A DNA stretch of 41,371 nucleotides, from positions 1 through 41,371 of IMG/VR virus record IMGVR_UViG_3300032233_001678; one strand, given 5' to 3'. The stretch's first letter is position 1, and each line of letters opens with the position of its first letter. The position numbers and the translations under genes were made by a program. Below the pieces are notes generated by a model. That model ran no database searches, was not told the DNA's origin, and was given only the letters and a program-made list of their open reading frames with translations. Of this stretch, positions 29,359-36,092 are shown one piece after another. This stretch comes from a virus (lineage: Duplodnaviria; Caudoviricetes).

Positions 29359-30161
29359 TGGAAAAATCGTTTGAAATAGTATCTACAATGTATGGTAACT
29401 TCCTAATCAATGAATTTGATTATATAGGTGAGCATATTAAAAGAAGAGAAAATTGGGAACCCCATTTATATGAATTCTATTCTCAAATATTAACTAAAGA
29501 TGACGTTTGCGTAGATGCTGGAGCTAATTTAGGATATCATGCTATACAGTTTGGTAATTTATCTAAACGTGTATATGCGTTTGAACCTCAACCAATGGTA
29601 TTCAATCAACTATGTGCTAATATACTATTCAATGATTTAAACAATATTATTACTCCTAACAGATTAGGTTTAGGTGAGGCAGAAATCACTAAACAAATGT
29701 GGGCTATTGAAAATGAAAAATTCGAAAATGGAGTTTGGAACTGGGGTGGTAGAGGCATAGAGCATGAACAATCAGCTTACACATCAGATGAGTTTAGAGA
29801 ACATGATCAGATTAAAGTAGTACCTTTAGATTCATTTAACTTTACATCTGTCAATCTATTTAAAATGGATATTCAAGGATATGAATGGTATGCTTTACAA
29901 GGAGCCAAACAATTTCTAAACAATAACAAACCAGTAATATTATTAGAAAATAATCCTACACGAAGCGAACTAGACAAAAAAGTATTAGCTATGCTATCAA
30001 ATATAGGATATGAATGCTTTAGATACCATATGGATTCAGGTGAAGATTGTATCTTAATACATCCAGAATCAAACAAATACGAAATTAGCTTAAAAACAAT
30101 AAATACATTACAAACTAAAATGCCTATTAAAAATGAAGATATCAGCAGTTATAGTATCTAG
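29358..30161 (+). CDS. FkbM-family methyltransferase
   Basis: VDAGANLGYH, AFEPQ, KMDIQGYE, PVILLE. Confidence 0.88.
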   Translation: MEKSFEIVSTMYGNFLINEFDYIGEHIKRRENWEPHLYEFYSQILTKDDVCVDAGANLGYHAIQFGNLSKRVYAFEPQPMVFNQLCANILFNDLNNIITPNRLGLGEAEITKQMWAIENEKFENGVWNWGGRGIEHEQSAYTSDEFREHDQIKVVPLDSFNFTSVNLFKMDIQGYEWYALQGAKQFLNNNKPVILLENNPTRSELDKKVLAMLSNIGYECFRYHMDSGEDCILIHPESNKYEISLKTINTLQTKMPIKNEDISSYSI

Positions 30162-31002
30162 AAATGACAATTACGGAGGTAATTTAATAGAACGTTCATC
30201 ATATTGCTTTCAATCAGCGATTGATACATACGATGAAGTAATCTATGTAGACTGGAATAGTGAAGGACAAAGTTTACTTTACGAAGTAAAAGATAATATT
30301 AAATTTAAAGGTAACTTTAAACATATTGTTATCCCACCTGCAGCAGCTAAAGTATTAACTAATTATGATGAGCATGCTCAAGTATGCTGTGAGGTATTAG
30401 GACGTAATATTGGTATTAAAAGAGCTACTGGTGATTATATTTTATCAACTAACATTGACATTATAGCACCTCGTAGAGATACTTTAGAGACAGCTATCAA
30501 TAGTTTAGAACCAAATAGCTTCTACGTATTCAGTAGATGCGATGTTGATTTACCTGAAATATTAGATTTTCATGGTGGTGAGTGTAAGTATAGTGATTAT
30601 GATGCTTTAAGAAACCACTTAATCAGCTTAAACAAAATACCTAACGCTGCTAAGAAATTAGAAGAAGGTGATGATTATAGTTTAGTAAATTGCTGTGGTG
30701 ATTTTCAAATTGCACCTAGACACGTTTGGGATGAAATTCGTGGATTTGAAGAGGAACTAATCTATCCACTATTCGCAGATACTAACGTTCAAAAGAAAGC
30801 AGCAATGCATGGGTTTGGATTACACGCTAAATTTGATGTTCCGTTCTACCACATTAATCACGGTAGAGGTGGTGGTGGTTTATTTGATGGTAAAAACAGA
30901 AAAATGAACGACCAATACAGAGCAATAATAGCTCAGAACAAAACACAAAATAGCGAAACATGGGGATTCGCGGATACTGAAATCGAGTTTGAAGTATTCT
31001 AA
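30133..31002 (+). CDS. GT-A (GT2-like) glycosyltransferase
   Basis: SRNDNYGG, VDWNS, RNIGIKRA.GDYILSTNIDI, GDFQ, GFEE. Confidence 0.78.
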   Translation: MKISAVIVSRNDNYGGNLIERSSYCFQSAIDTYDEVIYVDWNSEGQSLLYEVKDNIKFKGNFKHIVIPPAAAKVLTNYDEHAQVCCEVLGRNIGIKRATGDYILSTNIDIIAPRRDTLETAINSLEPNSFYVFSRCDVDLPEILDFHGGECKYSDYDALRNHLISLNKIPNAAKKLEEGDDYSLVNCCGDFQIAPRHVWDEIRGFEEELIYPLFADTNVQKKAAMHGFGLHAKFDVPFYHINHGRGGGGLFDGKNRKMNDQYRAIIAQNKTQNSETWGFADTEIEFEVF

Positions 31003-31020
31003 AATGGGTCTTATATTTAT
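30988..31020 (+). promoter_or_regulatory. Bacteroidota-type promoter for clpP
   Basis: TTTG(30988)-N20-TATATTTA(31012). Confidence 0.5.
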
Positions 31021-31034
31021 CAAAAAATACGTTT

Positions 31035-31574
31035 ATGAGAGAGCGCCGTTCCAAATTAGACCCGTTAAGCCGAGTTATAACATTAGGCTACATTGATTGT
31101 ATAACAGTTAACGAAATCATACAGGATATTTACGAGATTAATGCTGAGGACGCTAAAAAAACAACAGTAGAACCAATAAAGCTCATTATTAATTCACCTG
31201 GAGGAGAGATATATAATGGAATGGCTTTAATTGATGTAATTGATTCCTCGCAGACTCCAATCCACACAATATGTCATGGTCATGCAATGTCAATGGGGTT
31301 AGTAGTATTCTCGGCGGGCCATGTTAGATATGCTAGCAAATATACTACATTTATGTACCACGAGGGTAATTATGAAGTTGAAGGTAAAGTTGCATTTCAT
31401 AAACAAGAATTAGCTGAGTGTGTGCGTATTGATAAAGTGTGTGATACTTACTTCATGTCCAAAACAAAATTTACAGATAAGATATTAAAACCACATAGAG
31501 ATAGACAAGCTGAATGGTATTTCGATGTTAAAACAGCACAGAGATATGGTTTAGTTGATGAAATCCTTGAATAA
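31035..31574 (+). CDS. clpP: ClpP-like protease subunit
   Basis: INSPGG, AMSMG (catalytic Ser), FMYH (His), YGLVDEI. Confidence 0.88.
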   Translation: MRERRSKLDPLSRVITLGYIDCITVNEIIQDIYEINAEDAKKTTVEPIKLIINSPGGEIYNGMALIDVIDSSQTPIHTICHGHAMSMGLVVFSAGHVRYASKYTTFMYHEGNYEVEGKVAFHKQELAECVRIDKVCDTYFMSKTKFTDKILKPHRDRQAEWYFDVKTAQRYGLVDEILE

Positions 31575-31603
31575 CCTCACATATTTATATATAAACGCAT
31601 ACA

Positions 31604-31924
31604 ATGGCAATCAGTCCTAAACTTAAAGTAGATGTAAACCATAATCCAACTAAAAAGGGTATTAAGGTACAATTCGTATTACCTCAAGCAATTGAAGGCG
31701 ATGCTAAAGCAACAGCTACTCAGAAATTACAATCAAAGTTAAACGCAGGTTTATCTCAATACAATTTAACAGTATCTCAAGATACAGACGTTCCTTATTC
31801 TAATGTTATTGGATTCTTAATTCCAATCACGGACATTAAATTATTCATTAAGAACGCTATTAGTGGTGGTACTGGAGAAGTTGCTCCTGAATCGCCAGCA
31901 GCAGAGGCTCCACCAGCGATATAG
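31604..31924 (+). CDS. hypothetical protein with Pro/Ala-rich C-terminal tail
   Basis: ORF with an upstream ATATTTAT motif and the tail VAPESPAAEAPPAI. Confidence 0.7.
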   Translation: MAISPKLKVDVNHNPTKKGIKVQFVLPQAIEGDAKATATQKLQSKLNAGLSQYNLTVSQDTDVPYSNVIGFLIPITDIKLFIKNAISGGTGEVAPESPAAEAPPAI

Positions 31925-31927
31925 TTT

Positions 31928-32245
31928 ATGATTAAAACTAAAAAAATGAGGAGAAAAGTACCTGTGTTCAGAGTAAACTTGCCTCCAGATATTCCGTATA
32001 GTCATCTTACGGAGGTACCTGAAATAAAGCAAGTGGTTATTGAAGAGGTAGTTTACGCTATCAAGGAAGGTATTACTAAAAATAAAAAAATTATCTCACT
32101 ATTTGAAGTGGGTAATTCGGAATATACGGTTGAATTAGAAAAAGATAAATGGCAAGTCTCTCTTGAATCGGCTATAGAATACTATGCTGAGAAAGAAGAA
32201 TACGATAAATGTATTGAATGTAGAGATTTGATCACTAAAATTTAA
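31928..32245 (+). CDS. hypothetical protein with C-terminal UVR-like motif
   Basis: LESAIEYYAEKEEYDKCIECRDLI. Confidence 0.65.
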   Translation: MIKTKKMRRKVPVFRVNLPPDIPYSHLTEVPEIKQVVIEEVVYAIKEGITKNKKIISLFEVGNSEYTVELEKDKWQVSLESAIEYYAEKEEYDKCIECRDLITKI

Positions 32246-32248
32246 GTT

Positions 32249-32668
32249 ATGGATGAACACGCTAAAGGAGTACAACAATCAATAGAATCTATTATTGGTG
32301 CAGATACCGTTTTAAAACGTAGAAAAAAGACAGAAGACGATATTAATAGAGATACATTTGAAAAAATAATAATAGCTCTAGAACAAGCAAACGTTAGATC
32401 ATCTATTATAGGTGGTGACTTTAAATTAGACTTTACTTCATATGACGAAACATTCTATGAAATAATTGACAATTTAATACTAATGCAATTTGGAAAAGAA
32501 GCATCTGAAGTTATATTTTTCTACGTTTATGAAAGAATAAACCCAGATGGTACTGTAAACGAATTAGCTGATCAAGATAATAATGTAGTTGCTCTTAATA
32601 ACCCAACTGATTTATGGATGTTAGTTAACCATATAAAAAATAAAACTAACAAAACAAAGAAAAAATAA
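32249..32668 (+). CDS. hypothetical protein
   Basis: Coupled ORF with normal codon usage. Confidence 0.7.
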   Translation: MDEHAKGVQQSIESIIGADTVLKRRKKTEDDINRDTFEKIIIALEQANVRSSIIGGDFKLDFTSYDETFYEIIDNLILMQFGKEASEVIFFYVYERINPDGTVNELADQDNNVVALNNPTDLWMLVNHIKNKTNKTKKK

Positions 32669-32671
32669 GTT

Positions 32672-33274
32672 ATGCCTGCTTCTAAACCTATATCTAGGGA
32701 AGATGTATTGCGCGCAATGCGCTTTACAAAATCCAATCGTGCCGCTGCTAAATACTTAGGCTGCTCATATCAGCATTATAAACCATTCGCTAAGAACTTT
32801 AAGGTTGATGAAACGGATCACAATTCACCTTCATTATTTGAAGCTCATCTAAATCAATGTGGTAAAGGTATTCCTAAATTCTTACCTAATAGACGTAAAG
32901 AGCCAAATGTTAAGAATATAATTGAGACAGGTACTGGATGGGAATCATTTACACCTGAAAAAATTAAAGCAAGAATCATTGCTGAAGGTTATTTAAAAGA
33001 AGAATGTTATGCTTGTGGATTCTGTGAACGTCGAGTTACAGATTATAAAACACCACTACTATTAAATTTCAAAGACGGTAATAAAAATAATTATCTGCTT
33101 GAAAATCTTGAATTATTATGCTATAACGACTATTTCCTATTAGTAGCTGATCCACTAACACCAGATCAAATACGACATATTGAGGATAATACTCAAGTAC
33201 AAGCAGTAGCACACGATTGGGACATGGATGATGCTCACATTGAAAACATGAAAGCATTAGGGTTGTTGGATTAG
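32672..33274 (+). CDS. HTH plus degenerate HNH zinc-finger protein
   Basis: SNRAAAKYLGCSY (HTH-like); CYACG...LLLNFKDGNKNNY.LENLELLCYND (HNH fold lacking the catalytic His). Confidence 0.7.
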   Translation: MPASKPISREDVLRAMRFTKSNRAAAKYLGCSYQHYKPFAKNFKVDETDHNSPSLFEAHLNQCGKGIPKFLPNRRKEPNVKNIIETGTGWESFTPEKIKARIIAEGYLKEECYACGFCERRVTDYKTPLLLNFKDGNKNNYLLENLELLCYNDYFLLVADPLTPDQIRHIEDNTQVQAVAHDWDMDDAHIENMKALGLLD

Positions 33275-33296
33275 GCAAAATTCAGTCGTACATTTA
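33265..33296 (+). promoter_or_regulatory. Bacteroidota-type promoter upstream of the tRNA island
   Basis: GTTG(33265)-N20-TACATTTA(33289). Confidence 0.5.
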
Positions 33297-33316
33297 CGGT
33301 ATAAATAAATTATAAT

Positions 33317-33610
33317 ATGAGTTACGAGTTAGCACAAAAATTCGCTGAGTTCGCTATACCAGCAGATGTTAAAAGTGCCTATAAAGCAGGCATGCAGTTG
33401 ATTGGTTCATTAGCATTCACTAAAATGATAATGTTCGCTAATGAAGTTAAATTATCTAATGATGATATTGATTTCTTCATGAGTATGAGCCCAAGCCGCA
33501 CTGGGGATGAAACACCAGAACAATTCAGACAACGTTCTAAATTCTCAAAAGCATTATATAAGTACAGAAAATACTTATACGATTATTCAGTATACGAAAA
33601 ACAAAATTAA
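33317..33610 (+). CDS. hypothetical protein
   Basis: ORF following the promoter, with an R..ET.EQFRQR motif. Confidence 0.7.
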   Translation: MSYELAQKFAEFAIPADVKSAYKAGMQLIGSLAFTKMIMFANEVKLSNDDIDFFMSMSPSRTGDETPEQFRQRSKFSKALYKYRKYLYDYSVYEKQN

Positions 33611-33616
33611 TAAAAC

Positions 33617-33835
33617 ATGGCACAGTATTTCCAAGTAAAAGTACAGTTTATCAACGAAGATAATAAAAAACAAAGTGTTGCATATTTAGTCGACGCAATG
33701 TCAGTTACAGAAGCAGAATCTAGAACAATTGAATATTTAACTAATCAAGGCGAACAAACCTTTGAAGTTAAAGCAGCAAGTGAATCTAAAATCGTTCATG
33801 TAATTGCAACTCCAGAAATAGCTCCTATCGACTAA
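33617..33835 (+). CDS. DUF4494-like small protein
   Basis: YF.VKV....YLVDAMSVTEAE....F.V....ESKI..V. The stop codon lies inside tRNA-Glu. Confidence 0.7.
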   Translation: MAQYFQVKVQFINEDNKKQSVAYLVDAMSVTEAESRTIEYLTNQGEQTFEVKAASESKIVHVIATPEIAPID

Positions 33836-33892
33836 GGGCTAGGTCATCACCCTTTCACGGTGGTAATACGGGTTCGAATCCCGTTGGGAGTA
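33821..33892 (+). tRNA. tRNA-Glu (TTC)
   Basis: Acceptor GCTCCTA/TGGGAGT; anticodon arm TCACC-CTTTCAC-GGTGG; T arm ACGGG-TTCGAAT-CCCGT; no encoded CCA. Confidence 0.92.
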
Positions 33893-33895
33893 CAA

Positions 33896-33997
33896 GGTTG
33901 ATTGGGACGTATCCTTTAACTGTAGGAAGGGCGGATACATTCGGTTAGTAATGCCAATCATAAAAGTAGATGTCCACGCACCCATCTTCTACTTTCC
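33896..33997 (+). ncRNA. unclassified structured RNA A
   Basis: TGATTGG/CCAATCA encloses GTATCC/GGATAC; a second stem AAAGTAGA/TCTACTTT follows. GC-enriched and noncoding. Confidence 0.6.
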
Positions 33998-34006
33998 TAA
34001 ATTTAA

Positions 34007-34130
34007 AAACGTTGGCTGTGAAGAACGTTTCAAATATAAGCAGGACCATTAGAAACGATATCTAATTCTAGTGGTTGGTGGTTGGATGAGTATCGATGAC
34101 TGCAGCCTCTTGAATACTCCCACCACTGTA
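34007..34130 (+). ncRNA. unclassified structured RNA B (possible kissing loop)
   Basis: Stems AAACGTT/AACGTTT, ACCATTAGAA/TTCTAGTGGT, TGGTGG/CCACCA and GAGTAT/ATACTC; loop GGCTGTG is complementary to loop TGCAGCC. Confidence 0.55.
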
Positions 34131-34132
34131 AC

Positions 34133-34205
34133 GCCTTGCTAGCTCAGTTGGTAGAGCAGCTGATTTGTAATCAGCAGGTCTGCGGTTCAAGTCCGTAGCG
34201 AGGCT
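34133..34205 (+). tRNA. tRNA-Thr (TGT)
   Basis: GCCTTGC/GCGAGGC acceptor; AGCTCAGTTGGTAGAGC D arm; GCTGA-TTTGTAA-TCAGC; GGTTCAAGTCC. Confidence 0.95.
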
Positions 34206-34209
34206 CAAA

Positions 34210-34312
34210 GCGGAGTCGTAAACCGCCGACCATAAGACTAAATCCCAACCCATGCATGGGTCGTTTAAGGTAACACCTTGGAAGGGACACGACCTAGAGA
34301 TGGTGCTAGGTT
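34210..34312 (+). ncRNA. unclassified structured RNA C (possible pseudoknot)
   Basis: GCGG/CCGC with loop AGTC pairing to downstream GACT; also CGACC/GGTCG, AAGG/CCTT and ACCTAG/CTAGGT. Confidence 0.5.
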
Positions 34313-34316
34313 AAAC

Positions 34317-34401
34317 GGAAAGATGGCAGAGTGGTTGAATGCACCGGTCTTGAAAACCGGCAACTGTAACAGGTTCTGGGGTTCGAATCCCTGTCTTTCC
34401 G
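34317..34401 (+). tRNA. tRNA-Ser (TGA)
   Basis: GGAAAGA/TCTTTCC acceptor with G73; CCGGT-CTTGAAA-ACCGG; long variable arm; GGTTCGAATCC. Confidence 0.95.
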
Positions 34402-34415
34402 CAAAATAAAAAAAT

Positions 34416-34625
34416 ATGAAAAAAGAATTGTACGACATGCTTATGTCATCAGCTGTAGCTGAAAAATCGAAAGCATTATTAAGTTTAGATTTATTATCTA
34501 ATCACGCAGTGGGAATTGGTGATCATTCAACAAAAGACTTCTATAGTAATGCTGAAGAAGCATTACAAATGTTAGTTGATGCTGATGATAAGATTGAAGC
34601 ACTTGAAAAATACTTTAAAAAATAA
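34416..34625 (+). CDS. conserved phage hypothetical protein
   Basis: AVGIGDHS...A.D..EAL.KYF motif. Confidence 0.75.
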   Translation: MKKELYDMLMSSAVAEKSKALLSLDLLSNHAVGIGDHSTKDFYSNAEEALQMLVDADDKIEALEKYFKK

Positions 34626-34629
34626 TTAT

Positions 34630-34851
34630 ATGTTTATTGCTTATTACATTATTTGTATTATTTATTGTTTCTATCAACTAAACAAAAAGTACAAAACAAG
34701 AGGATTAGATTATGCATCTCCAGAAATGGATGCAATAATGGTTTTAATTATGGCTTGGGTTTTAGCTCCAGTTGACGTATCTATAACCTGGATTAGAATG
34801 GTTAAAGAAGCTGAAGAAGCTAAGCGTAGAAGTAACAATAGATGGGTTTAA
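34630..34851 (+). CDS. small 2-TM membrane protein
   Basis: MFIAYYIICIIYCF...AIMVLIMAWVLAPVD; start placed at ATG 34630. Confidence 0.65.
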   Translation: MFIAYYIICIIYCFYQLNKKYKTRGLDYASPEMDAIMVLIMAWVLAPVDVSITWIRMVKEAEEAKRRSNNRWV

Positions 34852-34854
34852 AAT

Positions 34855-35010
34855 TGTAGGGTGGCGGAAATGACGGCAGTCAAGGTAGACGTGCCCTCTC
34901 GTCTAGGGGGTGCTGATAAGAGATAGATATAAGATATGGGTTGACCACAAAGCCGGCTTAGTTGTCTTATATTGAATCGCAGCGTGCTGGTTCGATTCCA
35001 GCCCCTACAG
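34855..35010 (+). ncRNA. 156-nt tRNA-Asp-like RNA (GTC) with D-loop hairpin insert and approx. 75-nt variable arm
   Basis: Acceptor TGTAGGG/CCCTACA with G73; T arm GCTGG-TTCGATT-CCAGC; anticodon arm CCCTC-TCGTCTA-GGGGG; variable region 34911-34985. Confidence 0.8.
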
Positions 35011-35012
35011 CA

Positions 35013-35313
35013 AGTTGCTGTTCTTTAACATATAGGAGAAATAAATTATGGAAATACTATCATTCGTTTTAGGGATAGCGTCTGTAGTAGTTATTGCTAT
35101 TGCAATAGTTGCTGTTTATGCTTTCGTTAAGGTAAGACAAGTAAAACAAGAACTACAAAATACTCAATTAACATTGAGTACCGAAATTGAAAATGTGCAT
35201 CGAGTAATACATGATGAAAAAATGAATATGTATTCATCAATCGACTCACGTTTGGACAAATTGGAATCTAAATTAACTAATAAAAAATAAAAATTAGTTA
35301 AAGAACAGCAACT
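35013..35313. repeat. 17-bp perfect inverted repeat flanking ORF 35048-35290; the left arm is boxA-like
   Basis: AGTTGCTGTTCTTTAAC (35013-35029) and GTTAAAGAACAGCAACT (35297-35313). Confidence 0.9.
35048..35290 (+). CDS. single-TM coiled-coil protein
   Basis: N-terminal hydrophobic helix and IDSRLDKLE; a rare SD-like AGGAG lies upstream. Confidence 0.75.
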   Translation: MEILSFVLGIASVVVIAIAIVAVYAFVKVRQVKQELQNTQLTLSTEIENVHRVIHDEKMNMYSSIDSRLDKLESKLTNKK

Positions 35314-35328
35314 AAAATATTTATCACT

Positions 35329-35652
35329 ATGGCATGTCATTGCATAACATTAAAAGATCAACGTGAGTTTCTTCAATTAATGAAGGATCGGGATAGTGAT
35401 TTGATTCTTAAAATGGTTAAATGTGTACTTAGCGCATATAAGCGAGATAAAAATAAAATGGATATATTTGATATCACATTCAAGGATAAGAGTGGAATGA
35501 TATTTACCATCGAAAAATCGCAGTATGCTGAATTATTATCGAATTGCTTAAACGATTTAGCTGCAATTGAAGAATATGAACTGTGTGCTGATATGAAGAA
35601 AATAATTGACAAAAAGTCAAAAAAATATGGGGATGCCTTGGAATTGATTTAA
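35329..35652 (+). CDS. hypothetical protein with C-terminal UVR-like motif (paralog of 31928-32245)
   Basis: L..IEEYELCADMKKII. The stop codon lies inside the tmRNA 5' end. Confidence 0.7.
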   Translation: MACHCITLKDQREFLQLMKDRDSDLILKMVKCVLSAYKRDKNKMDIFDITFKDKSGMIFTIEKSQYAELLSNCLNDLAAIEEYELCADMKKIIDKKSKKYGDALELI

Positions 35653-36008
35653 TTGTAGAGGTAATACCACACGTAGACAAAGCATGAATGTCTTTAAATA
35701 CTTGCGAAACAATAACCGTAGAATTATCTACTATGACCTTCGCTGACTTAATGTCATTCGTTGGTGCTGACGAGTACGCATACGCTGCTTAGTCACAATC
35801 GGGTGTAACATCCTAGGAACAGAAGTTACAAAAATGTTTTCTTAGTTATGTCAAAACTAAGTGGTGGTAACTGGTACTTAACTGTACGGCCCTTACTGAT
35901 CAGCTTAAAATGTAGATCAAATTACTGATCAGCTTGCAGATCTAAACGTGTGACACGCTGGTATAGCTGTCTCTATTAAAGACACGAGTTCGAATCTCGT
36001 CATCTCCA
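35629..36008 (+). ncRNA. ssrA: tmRNA
   Basis: GGGGATG...GACACGAG-TTCGAAT-CTCGT-CATCTCC-A with G3:U70; internal tag ORF 35718-35792 ends ...EYAYAA*. Confidence 0.92.
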
Positions 36009-36014
36009 CAAGAT

Positions 36015-36065
36015 GTCTACTCCCCTTCCCGCGATCAGGGCGCTTAGAGTAGGCCTTTTACCTGA
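36015..36065 (+). ncRNA. small pseudoknot-like structure 3' of the tmRNA
   Basis: GTCTACTC/GAGTAGGC stem; loop TCAGG pairs with CCTGA (36061-36065). Confidence 0.4.
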
Positions 36066-36092
36066 GGGTAACCAGAAATGGTTACCCTTTTT
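36065..36092 (+). terminator. rho-independent terminator
   Basis: AGGGTAACCA-GAAA-TGGTTACCCT followed by a T run. Confidence 0.88.

Noticed and set aside
33968-33990. HDV-like (theta) ribozyme after tRNA-Glu, suggested by the TCCACG loop
   Set aside because: I could not build the P3/P1/P1.1/P4/P2 nested double-pseudoknot order, so it is kept only as an unclassified RNA.
34117-34131. Cobalamin riboswitch-like CCCACCACTGTAA
   Set aside because: The other conserved elements (GGGAA, B12 box) are absent and the downstream feature is a tRNA.
34947-34960. RNase P RNA 3'-like motif ACAAAGCCGGCTTA
   Set aside because: It lies within the variable arm of the tRNA-like RNA, and no GAGGAAAGTCC partner was seen.
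34911-34985. Group I or canonical tRNA intron in the tRNA-Asp-like gene
   Set aside because: It is too short for a group I intron, lies in the variable arm rather than the anticodon loop, and has no clear bulge-helix-bulge.
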